Positions 48,301 through 56,237 of a stretch of 64,000 nt of DNA are shown in pieces. How positions within the stretch are numbered: position 1 is the stretch's first letter; each line of letters begins with the position of its first letter. A program made the translations under genes and the position numbers. This DNA comes from Deltaproteobacteria bacterium. Its GTDB lineage: Bacteria > Myxococcota > Kuafuiibacteriia > Kuafuiibacteriales > Kuafuiibacteriaceae. The notes beneath the pieces are model-generated. The model had not been told where the DNA came from. It was given only the letters and a program-made list of their open reading frames with translations, and searched no databases. The stretch spans positions 32,001 through 96,000 of the forward strand of contig JAVJQW010000008.1 of assembly GCA_040218735.1 (NCBI GenBank), given 5' to 3'.

Positions 48301-48837
48301 ATCGATCTGTGTTTCCCGACGGACGCGACGCGCAAGCGTTGGGTCGTGGCCGACTGGAAGTCGGACCTCCCCGCGGTCGGCTCGCCGGCGCGGTTGCGCT
48401 ACGAGCACCAGGTGAAGCTGTACGCGGAGGCGCTGATCGCGAACTTGGTGGACCACCCGATCGAGGTGGACGCGGTCCTGGTCGGTCCGCACGCGGGGCT
48501 CGACGTGGACCTGCGCGAGCGTGCGCTGCGCACGGTGCACCCGGCGTTGGCTTCGGGGCTCGCGGCGTTGCTCGACGCCGGGGCGCCGGTGCCGGCGGTC
48601 GGGATGGACGTCGGCGTGAACGAGACGGTCGGCGAGCTGGAGCTGTGCTGGGAGGACCTGCAAGTTGGCTTGCTCTTGGACCGTGACCACGAGGAACGCG
48701 CGGCGATTGCGGCGGAGGGCTTCGCGCTCGTCGAGGGTTCGTCGGAGGTCTCGGGCTGGGCGGACGCGGCGATCGCGGCGTTGGCGGCGCGGTTGGGGGT
48801 GACGTTGCCGGCGACCGAAGAGGACGAGCCCGCGTGA
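45340..48837 (+). CDS. AddA-like UvrD helicase / RecB-type nuclease with extra C-terminal domain
   Basis: AGAGAGKT, ITFTEKAA, VDEVQD, VGDAKQSIYRFR, NFRS, YVAATRA; nuclease SGTIDL...DWKSD...QVKLY; ATGA-coupled. Confidence 0.9.
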   Translation: MTEIVDIEVRERVVSATDTSMALNAGAGAGKTTVLVDRVLGLLAAGTAPERIAVITFTEKAAGEVAERVRDALESALASAQGEARTNLQAAVERLSDLQTSTIHAFASSLLKMEAYESRWAPRTELIGETLGTSAADDAYRTWRKGYDERHPADIAPLRGACAEQTLRAGALELVRFADLEPVVGPEALDWTEARATLAAIHTTFESLRAECNKPDTCKLLANNAEGLAQIAAALAGEDERLIPEAARAKFKKVGGKAADWNGDACAGFKSNIDEVKAWIDRWKANLFAPLHRRVVLDLYEHFLPLVATRKRARSQADYDDLLFECRRLLVERSAARARLAERFDAILVDEVQDTDPVQAEIALLLTREPELDGAWHEHPPRPGRLFAVGDAKQSIYRFRRADVATWHALGDAIAKDGERAMLTQNFRSVPGIVAFSNFVFSGLEDYEAITPYREAAELDPVVVLRAEKATETRAAVHHVSELLRSEAQVFDRSIDGLRPLRPGDVMVVLPAWSRADGVLADFATAGIPAVVEGGATLFSRDEVRLALCALRAIEEPGDSEAVVFLLRGMFGTSHEHLARHVGQGGTWRYTREDQPTGVVADALRVLRDVHRERRRRSLSALLDLLLERTRAAGVWRLSSRGVSMLANLDKVKELVRQLEETTTTSAEVVSALLGADRNAKQEDLPVADPDIDAVRITSLFKAKGREAPVVVMAHADRRKDDARAIVDRDGGRVAIKFRDLKPPDFDVWAEREDAETRDERRRWMYVAATRACDQLVICRSDKSGLLDADLSKALAATADAEHDALVEVGDGVQIRVRDLEAIPEPPRSDETFPGHDDAIDALLDAPPTAGDAVEPAWQAERAAATKRAERSSLRWRTVSEEVSRVRGRDPAGLGGGVGLLGGKVVHRVMEHLDLAEPAAVAMENVPSLVELYARIVGLPAEDAPKCVAVVASLLEHEVVEQARAAPERWQEAEFTFRKRGRIISGTIDLCFPTDATRKRWVVADWKSDLPAVGSPARLRYEHQVKLYAEALIANLVDHPIEVDAVLVGPHAGLDVDLRERALRTVHPALASGLAALLDAGAPVPAVGMDVGVNETVGELELCWEDLQVGLLLDRDHEERAAIAAEGFALVEGSSEVSGWADAAIAALAARLGVTLPATEEDEPA

Positions 48838-50777
48838 GCCCGCTGCAGATCGCGTTTGCGCAGACGTTCATGCGTTCGATGGACCGGCTGACCGCGAAGG
48901 AGTCGGCGGCGGTGATGGAGGCGGTGCGCAAGTATCAGAAGGGCCACGGCTCGACGCATCTGCACCAGCTCGCTTCGGTCCCCTACAAGGGCTTGGCGGT
49001 GAGTCAGGGGGCGTTGCGGATCGTGTGTCGGCAGGACGGTGGGACGCTCCTGCTCCTGCACGCGGACCATCATGACGCGGCGTACGCGTGGGCGGAGCGG
49101 CACCGCGTGGTTCGGGTCGGCGACACCGTTCGTATCTTGCCCACGGAGATTGCGACGGCGTCGACGGAGGACGCGACGTCGTCGGTGCGAGGGCCGCTGA
49201 CGGACGTGCCGGACAAGACGTTTCGGCACTTCGAGGTAGGGCCGCTGGCGGCGGCGTTGTTCCGGACGGTGCCGACGGAGGACGCGTTGTTGGACGTCGC
49301 CGCGTCGTTGAAGCCGGCGCTCGGGGAAGCGTTGATCTCGCTGGGCGCGGATCCGGATCGCCTGGATGAGATCGTGTTGGCGTTTCAGTCGGCGCCGGTG
49401 GGTTCCCAGCGGCCGCTGTCGGAGGTGATCGCGGCGCCGCAGAACTCGGACGTTTTCTACGTGGCGCCGGGAGAGCGCGAGCTGGAGCTCGCGCTGTCGG
49501 GTGACTTCGCAGCGTGGCGGTTGTTCCTGCACCCGTCGCAGCGGCGCATCGTGGAGCGCGACACCCGCGGCGCGGCGATGGTGAAAGGCGGGCCGGGGAC
49601 GGGGAAGACGGTGGTGGCGCTGCACCGGGCGCGCCACTTGGCGTCGAAGGTGTTCGCGGACGACGGTCGCCCGGTTTTAGTGACGACGTTCAGCCGGGTG
49701 TTGGGGCAGCAGGTCGCGGCCGACTTCTCCGCGTTGTGCGGTGGTGAGGTGCTGCCGGTCGAGGTGGCGTCGCTGCACGCGGTCGCGGTCGCGGTGTTGG
49801 ATCGCGGTTCGCTGCCGCGCACCTTGGTGACGGGTGAGGTGCTCGACGCGTGCTGGGAGGATGCGCTGGCGCTCGACGTCGCGGGGCGCGGTCGTCGCTT
49901 CTACGAAGAGGAGCGCGAGCAGGTCTTGGCGGAGCAGGGCGTGTGGACGGAGGCGGCGTACCTGCGGGTGACACGGAAGGGTCGCAAAGGGCGCCTGGAT
50001 CGCGCGGCGAAGTTGGACGTGTGGCGGGTGCTCGCGGCGTTCGAGGCGGCGCTGTCGGCGCGCGGTGGTGGTGACACGATCAAGCTGGTGCGCGACGCGC
50101 GCGAGGCGGTCGAGTCCGGGCGGGTGCCTTCGCCGTACGCGGCGGTGGTGTGTGACGAGGTGCAGGACGTCGGCCCGGTGGAGCTTCGTTTCCTGGCGGC
50201 GCTGGCGCGCGAGGGCGACGCGGTGGGGCCAAACCGCTTGTTCCTGGTGGGTGATGACAACCAACGTATCTACCGGCGCCGGACGAGCTTCGCGAAGTGC
50301 GGGATCGACATCGTGGGGCGCTCTTCGCGACTTCGTTTGAACTACCGAACGACGGAGGGGATCCGGTCGGCGGCGCTCGCGGCGTTGGCGGGTGCGGATG
50401 TGGATCTCGCGTCGGGCGAGCGCTCACTGCGCGGCGGCCCGCCGCCGTCGTCACGCCGACTGGGGGCGACGGAGGAGATCGACTTCATCGCCGAGCAGGC
50501 CTTGGACGACGCGCTGGTGCTGGTCGTCGCGCGGACCAACGGTCGCCTCGACGAGGTGTCGAAGGCGCTGGCGGACCGGGGCACGGCGCACGTGCGGCTT
50601 GGGCGTGAAGACGTGGCGCCCGCGGTGGGACTCGTGCTGTGTACGATCCATCGCTCGAAGGGCCTGGAGGCCGAGGGTGTCGTGGTGCTCGACGCGGAGA
50701 AGGTGCAGGACCCGAGGCTGTCGTACGTGGCGATGACGCGGGCGCGGGACTGGTGTGTGTTGGTGGATCGCGCCTAG
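48834..50777 (+). CDS. UvrD/SF1 helicase with N-terminal RelE-like domain
   Basis: N-terminal FAQTF...LRIV...LLLLHADHHDAAYAWA; GGPGTGKT, DEVQD, GDDNQRIY, NYRTT, TIHRSKGLE, YVAMTRAR; GTGA-coupled. Confidence 0.85.
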   Translation: MSPLQIAFAQTFMRSMDRLTAKESAAVMEAVRKYQKGHGSTHLHQLASVPYKGLAVSQGALRIVCRQDGGTLLLLHADHHDAAYAWAERHRVVRVGDTVRILPTEIATASTEDATSSVRGPLTDVPDKTFRHFEVGPLAAALFRTVPTEDALLDVAASLKPALGEALISLGADPDRLDEIVLAFQSAPVGSQRPLSEVIAAPQNSDVFYVAPGERELELALSGDFAAWRLFLHPSQRRIVERDTRGAAMVKGGPGTGKTVVALHRARHLASKVFADDGRPVLVTTFSRVLGQQVAADFSALCGGEVLPVEVASLHAVAVAVLDRGSLPRTLVTGEVLDACWEDALALDVAGRGRRFYEEEREQVLAEQGVWTEAAYLRVTRKGRKGRLDRAAKLDVWRVLAAFEAALSARGGGDTIKLVRDAREAVESGRVPSPYAAVVCDEVQDVGPVELRFLAALAREGDAVGPNRLFLVGDDNQRIYRRRTSFAKCGIDIVGRSSRLRLNYRTTEGIRSAALAALAGADVDLASGERSLRGGPPPSSRRLGATEEIDFIAEQALDDALVLVVARTNGRLDEVSKALADRGTAHVRLGREDVAPAVGLVLCTIHRSKGLEAEGVVVLDAEKVQDPRLSYVAMTRARDWCVLVDRA

Positions 50778-50785
50778 TCCCAATG

Positions 50786-52324
50786 CCGTTCACTTAGCGG
50801 ACGGGCCCGCCTCGAGCTCCATCAGGCGGAGAGGGGCGCCTCGACGTAGGGCAGCGCGCCGGCGCCGCGGAGCGTCGCGTCCCTCGTCCGCCGTTTCGCC
50901 GGGCTGGTGAAGGAGGGGGGCCGCGGAGCGCGGTGCTCCGAAGGAGGGCCGCGACACCGGCTGCTATCGCTCTCACGAGCTGCCCTCCGCGCGTGCCGGT
51001 GGCGTCGGATGCCCTCCACGCCGCGGGCGCTCGTGACACACGTCCTGCCTGGGCTGGGTGGAGCGGCGCTCGTGAATCCTCCGAGCGATGAGGGCGCGAC
51101 CCAACACTTCGTTCGCGGCGTGAAGGTTGTGCGCCCGGCACAACAAGCGCATCTCCCGGACCACGCTCTTGGCGCCCAGCGCGCGGCCGCCCACGTGATC
51201 GAATTCGAGGTTCGACCGTTCGCTGCATCGCCGACCGTCCGGGCTCACGTACGTGCACTGCGCGCCATCGCGCGCGACCACCGCGCGGCGCGTTGCCGCC
51301 GGGACGTACGCTGCGCCCGCGGGTGCGTCCTCGGCGGGCTTCGACCGCGGACGACTCGTCTTTCCGTTCTTCCTCCTCTCCAGCTTCTCCACGTAGAGCG
51401 CGAGCGCCGCTTCGAAGATCTCCCCGATGTCGGTCCCAGGCGGGGTGAGCTCCTTGGCTCGATCCAAGAGCGCCTTCGCTTCGGCGCTCCCGTCGAAGCG
51501 AAAAGCGAACGTCTCCGCGGTCGCCGCCTCGACGCGGTCGTCACTGCTCTTCGCGCCTGGGAACTCGGTCGCGATCAGCATCTCGACCTCGGCCTTGGAT
51601 TTGTTTCGCGCCTGCTCGACGAGGCTGTGGGCGTTGTCGTCGTTCATGAACTTCGAGAGCTTCGCTACGCCCGTCATGTGCAGCTCACCGGTCGCGATCA
51701 TCTGGAAGACCTCGGGCACCCGCCGCGCCGCGCGCACCACGGCGACGCGCCGGCACGCCTGGTCCTCGGTCAGCCCGAGCCCCTCGACGCAGAACCGGAA
51801 CAGCGAGCTGAAGCCGCGCTCGATGTAGAGCTTGCGCCGCTCGATCTCCGCCATGAACCGGAGCGCCTGTACACCGCTATTCAGCTCCGCGCGAAGCGCT
51901 TCACGAAGTCCGCTCCGGAGATTGGTTTGGGTCATGCAAGACAGGTTGCAAGCTTTCGGGCTCATGCAGCGAAGGTATCATCGAGCCCTCGAAGCGCGAT
52001 TCGGCACGACTCGAGGATGGCGGTCTCAGACGTGCGAGGACGAGCGCCATGGACCGTCAGCGTCCGGCGATGCGTCCAAGCTCGAAAAACTTCGAAACGG
52101 ACTGCGTTCGTCAAGGAGATGGCCTGGACACGGCCTTCGATTCCGTCAACCCCTGCAACTCAACTTGCGCGACCGGCCAATTCCCGCTTACCAGCCGGCG
52201 AACCTCACACATCCATCGCAGCCCGGACCGTCGCCGGCGCGACTTGCGGCGCCTCTTCCGGCGGTTTTCGCGAAACGCGTCGAAGGCGCCGTGGTCGCTC
52301 GCGTGCCACGCCGCGAAGAGCCAT
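50786..52324 (-). mobile_element. HNH-endonuclease repeat element, copy 2 (apparently full length)
   Basis: Same orientation as copy 1; shared terminus CCGTTCACTT; begins 8 bp after the UvrD stop. Confidence 0.75.
50973..51965 (-). CDS. DUF222-like/HNH endonuclease
   Basis: AEIERRKLY..GFSSLFRFC; YVPAATRRAV..RDG.QC...C...EFDH...LLCRAHN. Confidence 0.85.
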   Translation of the reverse strand: MSPKACNLSCMTQTNLRSGLREALRAELNSGVQALRFMAEIERRKLYIERGFSSLFRFCVEGLGLTEDQACRRVAVVRAARRVPEVFQMIATGELHMTGVAKLSKFMNDDNAHSLVEQARNKSKAEVEMLIATEFPGAKSSDDRVEAATAETFAFRFDGSAEAKALLDRAKELTPPGTDIGEIFEAALALYVEKLERRKNGKTSRPRSKPAEDAPAGAAYVPAATRRAVVARDGAQCTYVSPDGRRCSERSNLEFDHVGGRALGAKSVVREMRLLCRAHNLHAANEVLGRALIARRIHERRSTQPRQDVCHERPRRGGHPTPPARAEGSS

Positions 52325-52360
52325 GAAGCCGTGCTCCGAACGCCCGAGCGGCGGCTTTCC

Positions 52361-52690
52361 GATTCACGAGCGCCGCTCCAACCAGCGAGGTGTACCCGCG
52401 AGCACAACCTTCACGTAGCCCGCGAGTTGGTGGGCCGCGCCCTCATCGATAAGCGGATTCACGAGCGCCGCTCTACCCAGCGCGCCCGTGTGAAGAACAT
52501 CCACCGCAGCGCTTGGAGGGCAGCGCGTGTCGCTGCGAGGCCCCCTGTTCACTCGTCGGCGAAGCGCTCACCGAGGCCGAGTCGCTCAGCGCCGCCAGCG
52601 CGGTGCGCTTCCGCGAGGAGCCCTACGCGGCCTCATCAGCCGCTCGATGTCGAAGAGGGCAAAGGTAAAGGGCAAGTTCAAGTTCAAACG
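52361..52690 (+). repeat. Inverted 3' fragment of the HNH element
   Basis: Translates CTREHNLHVARELVGRALIDKRIHERRSTQ versus CRAHNLHAANEVLGRALIARRIHERRSTQ in copy 2, followed by a diverged version of the 3' non-coding tail. Confidence 0.75.
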
Positions 52691-52707
52691 GCCCGACCTC
52701 GTCGCCG

Positions 52708-53295
52708 TTAGAGCACGAAGACGAGGACGTACATCGCCACCCACACCACGCCGACGAAGTGCCAGTAGACCGCCCAGAGGCGGACGCGGAGGTGGCGGGG
52801 GGCGGTGTAGCGGCCCTGGTAGGCGAAGACCGTGAGCACCGCGAGGGCGACGACGCCGAGCACGACGTGCAGGGCGTGGATGCCGGAGAGGCCGTAGAGG
52901 ACGGCGGCGTAGGCGCCGCGGTGGATGTCGAGGCCGGCGGCTTGGAGATCGACGCCAACGATATACTGAATGGCGACGAACACGATCCCCAGCGCCGTGG
53001 TCAGGGCCAACACGTGCGCGAGCAGCTTCGGCTGGCCCTGGCGCACCGCGCGTAGGCCGTACTCGAACGTGAAGGACGAGGCGAGCATGACGGCCGTGTT
53101 GAGCGTCGGGAGCGTGAGCTCGGGGAGGGGGAGGCCGATCGGCGGCCACTCGGGTGCGTTGAAGCGGACGGCGCCGTAGACGAGGAAGATGCTGACGAAC
53201 ATCATCGCCCACGACGCGATGAAGATGACCATGCCGAGGTAGGCCGTCTTCTTCTCTTCCGCGTACGGGGACGGGTAGCTGACGACGTCGCCCAT
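52708..53295 (-). CDS. Heme-copper oxidase subunit III family protein (second copy)
   Basis: LGMVIFIAS, NTAVMLASS, GIHALHV, YWHFVGVVW. Confidence 0.9.
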   Translation of the reverse strand: MGDVVSYPSPYAEEKKTAYLGMVIFIASWAMMFVSIFLVYGAVRFNAPEWPPIGLPLPELTLPTLNTAVMLASSFTFEYGLRAVRQGQPKLLAHVLALTTALGIVFVAIQYIVGVDLQAAGLDIHRGAYAAVLYGLSGIHALHVVLGVVALAVLTVFAYQGRYTAPRHLRVRLWAVYWHFVGVVWVAMYVLVFVL

Positions 53296-53336
53296 CGCCC
53301 TTTTCAGTCGGCGGTCCGACCCGCCGAGTCAACCGT

Positions 53337-53951
53337 TCAGGCGCCGAGGTCGGCCACGACCAAGGGGTGCAGCTGCGCGTGGGCGGCGTCCACGCGGCGG
53401 TTGTACTCGGTTGCGCCGAGGGCGCGGTCGTCGAGGATTCGCCGGATGCGCATCGGCCCGTAGCAGTAGGCCGCGACGGCGTGGGCGATGTCGCCGTCGA
53501 AGCGGCCGCGGAGCCAGGCGAGGTATTCGATCCCGATGAGGACGTTGTGCACGGGGTGTTCGAGCGTTCGCGGTCCGCGCCACCGGACGCCGGCGCGACG
53601 CGCGAAACTCTCGGCCGTGTTCGGGAGGAGCTGCATCAGGCCGATCGCGCCGACGGAGCTCTTCGCTTTGGTGCGGAAGCGGCTCTCGGTGGTGATCATC
53701 GCCAGCACCAACGCGGGGTCGATGCCGTGTCGCGCGGACTGGCTGTCGATCGCCTGCGCGACGCGTTCGCGCGTGACGGGGTGCCAGTAGGGCGCGCGCG
53801 CTTCGAGGACCTCGAGGATCGCGGCTTCGGGGTCGGGGTCCGCGATCGAGGTCGCGCGCGCGGCGTTCTTCAGCGCTTGCGCCACCTCGGATTCGTCGAA
53901 CGCGATGGGCTGGGTCGTCGCCACGAGCGTGAGCGTGATCGCACCGAGCAT
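53337..53951 (-). CDS. Lytic transglycosylase (SLT domain)
   Basis: LVLAMITTESRF, SSVGAIGLMQL, NVLIGIEYL, AAYCYGP. Confidence 0.9.
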   Translation of the reverse strand: MLGAITLTLVATTQPIAFDESEVAQALKNAARATSIADPDPEAAILEVLEARAPYWHPVTRERVAQAIDSQSARHGIDPALVLAMITTESRFRTKAKSSVGAIGLMQLLPNTAESFARRAGVRWRGPRTLEHPVHNVLIGIEYLAWLRGRFDGDIAHAVAAYCYGPMRIRRILDDRALGATEYNRRVDAAHAQLHPLVVADLGA

Positions 53952-54153
53952 CGTGCGCTCTTGGAATTGCAACCCCTGATCCAGTTGGAGTCGCGTCGTC
54001 GATCCCCCGACACATGAGGCCGACCTGTCGGCGTCGTGACGATCCCGCACAGGTGTCGTCATTCTGTCGCGCGACCTGAATCACGAAGTGCGCGGACGCA
54101 CGCGACGTCGGGTCCGCGTCCAATGTTCCCGACGCCGCGTGCGCCCCACGCGA

Positions 54154-54963
54154 TCACAAGGTGCGACGGGCCTTCTTCATCAGCTCGTCGTACCAACCGG
54201 CGACGGCGCCGCTCGCGCCGCGCGCCTCCTCGAACTTCGCGAGCTCCGCGTCGACCGCCTTCGCGAGGCCTTCGACGGTGCGCGGCCCGACGTACGGTCG
54301 ACCGTTCACGTAGAGCATCGGCGTCCCGCGCACGCCGATCCGCGCGAGGTTCTGGCGGTCACGCTCGAGACGCTGTTTGCACTCTGCGCCGTCGAGGTCC
54401 GCCGCGAACCTCTTCGTGTCGAGCCCGCTCTTCTTGGCGACTTCGATGATGGCGTCCTTGCCGAGCTCCTCGCGCTTCATCTGCGGACGCCCGCCGGTCG
54501 TCGACCACGCGGTGGCCCACAGGGCGTCGCTGAACGGTTCGAAGCGATCCTGCTTCGCGGCCGCGCACGTCGCGAGCGCCGCCGCCGTCGCGAGCTGCGG
54601 GTGCACGACGAACTGCTTCGACACCACGCGCAAGCTGTCTTGCCCCTCGTACTTGTCGATGAGCTGCGAGAGGATCGGCTCGACCAGCGCGCAGTACGGG
54701 CACGCGTACTCGTAGGCTTCGACGATCGTGACCTTTGCGTCGGCCGCGCCGCGGATCGCGTCGTGTTCGTCGACGGGGAGGTAGTAGGTGACGGAAGGAT
54801 CCGGGCGCTTCGGCTGCGGGCGCGCGGCGGGTCGTTGTTTCTCGACGGTCTCGACGCGCTCTTCGAGCTGGTCCACGCGCTCGGTGAGTTGGGCGACGCG
54901 GGGATCTGGGCCGCCGTCGCACGCGACGAGCGCGAGGGCTGAGAGGATGAAGGTTCGATTCAT
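54154..54963 (-). CDS. DsbA-like thioredoxin-fold lipoprotein
   Basis: AGGAG RBS; LVAC lipobox; EYACPYC; GVRGTP. Confidence 0.9.
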   Translation of the reverse strand: MNRTFILSALALVACDGGPDPRVAQLTERVDQLEERVETVEKQRPAARPQPKRPDPSVTYYLPVDEHDAIRGAADAKVTIVEAYEYACPYCALVEPILSQLIDKYEGQDSLRVVSKQFVVHPQLATAAALATCAAAKQDRFEPFSDALWATAWSTTGGRPQMKREELGKDAIIEVAKKSGLDTKRFAADLDGAECKQRLERDRQNLARIGVRGTPMLYVNGRPYVGPRTVEGLAKAVDAELAKFEEARGASGAVAGWYDELMKKARRTL

Positions 54964-55212
54964 GACTGAGTTCTCCTGAGTCGGCGCGAACGAACGCGCC
55001 GGTCCACGACGCCCACCGAACCCCGAAGGGAGGGCGCGCGACGAACGACGAGAGGCCACGGCCGAGCGGGCCGGGGCGGTCACAGGGGATCGCAGCGATT
55101 CACGAGACGCCGACCGAAACCGACGACTCGACGACGGGTCCGAACGGACGAACACAACACATCGCGGCCGACGAGGGTCGACGGCGAAGTCATGAAAACG
55201 CTGCGATGAAAC

Positions 55213-55572
55213 TCAGGCGCGGGGAGGCCGGTCGATCCGGCGAAGGCGTCCGTCGTGCGCTCCGAGCGTGTCATCGAGCGCTTCGAGGGTGCCGCTACGC
55301 CAAGGGGCGTCCGGCGGGAGGACGATCGCGAACATCTCGACGCTGCGCTTCACGCTGCGCGGCCCCGGGACGGGGAGGCCACCGTTCGATTCGCTGAGGC
55401 AGGCGCGGTCCACGACACCGTCTGCGTCCACACAGAGCGCGCGCGGCGGCGGTTTCGGTGCGGGCGCCTCACACACCGTCAGCTCCTCGGTCCACACCGA
55501 CATCTGCGGCTCCGCCGGCTCCGTTGGGCCGGACAGCATCGCGAACAGGGTGGTGACGAGCGCGGAGATCAC
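55213..55572 (-). CDS. Small exported protein ending in DRPPRA (possible leader/arrest peptide)
   Basis: Hydrophobic N-terminus, three Cys, C-terminal RIDRPPRA. Confidence 0.55.
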   Translation of the reverse strand: MISALVTTLFAMLSGPTEPAEPQMSVWTEELTVCEAPAPKPPPRALCVDADGVVDRACLSESNGGLPVPGPRSVKRSVEMFAIVLPPDAPWRSGTLEALDDTLGAHDGRLRRIDRPPRA

Positions 55573-55685
55573 AGGACGATCGGGAACAGGACACTCGCTC
55601 TACGACGTCTATTCCCGCGCGGGTCCGAAAAGTTCCGGGGCCACCTTGTCCGGACCGAGCGACGTCCCTATCACGGGCGAACGCC

Positions 55686-56237
55686 ATGTCGCCGGAGCAG
55701 CAGAAGCGCGCGAACAAGTTCCTCAGCCTCGTGCTCCGACACCGCCCCGAGGTAGTCGGCATCGCGCTGGGCCCACAGGGCTGGGTCGACGTCGACGTGC
55801 TGCTCGCTGCGCTCGACGCCCACGGGCGTCGCCTCACGCGACGTGAGCTCGACGTGATCGTGCAGAACAACTCGAAGAAGCGGTTCCTCCTGTCCGAGGA
55901 CGGCCGCCGCATTCGCGCGAGCCAGGGGCACTCCGTGAAGCTCGACCTCGGGTACGAGCCGGTCGAGCCGCCCGACCTCCTCTTCCACGGCACCGCGGAG
56001 CGCTTCCTCGATGTGATCCGCCGCGAGGGCCTCCGCAAGATGCAGCGTCACCACGTGCACCTCTCGGCGAACGAAGCCACCGCGCGTGAGGTCGGCGCGC
56101 GCCACGGACGCCCGGTCGTGCTCCGCGTCGACGCCAAGACGATGCACGAACGCGGCGCGCAGTTCTTCTGCTCCGACAACGGCGTGTGGCTGACGGACGC
56201 CGTCGAGCCCGAGTTCCTCGCCGGTTTCTCGGACTAA
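55686..56237 (+). CDS. kptA: RNA 2'-phosphotransferase (Tpt1/KptA)
   Basis: [35 protein letters not shown]. Confidence 0.95.
   Translation: MSPEQQKRANKFLSLVLRHRPEVVGIALGPQGWVDVDVLLAALDAHGRRLTRRELDVIVQNNSKKRFLLSEDGRRIRASQGHSVKLDLGYEPVEPPDLLFHGTAERFLDVIRREGLRKMQRHHVHLSANEATAREVGARHGRPVVLRVDAKTMHERGAQFFCSDNGVWLTDAVEPEFLAGFSD

Noticed and set aside
42449-48837. Assigning gene symbols addA/addB
   Set aside because: Degenerate AddB, extra AddA domain and accessory context make orthology to housekeeping AddAB unproven
40227-52324. Classical IS or composite transposon call
   Set aside because: No DDE/HUH transposase motifs, terminal inverted repeats or target-site duplication found; kept only as a repeat element
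55686-56237. RNA-repair operon around kptA
   Set aside because: No rtcB, ligase or related genes adjacent; appears stand-alone
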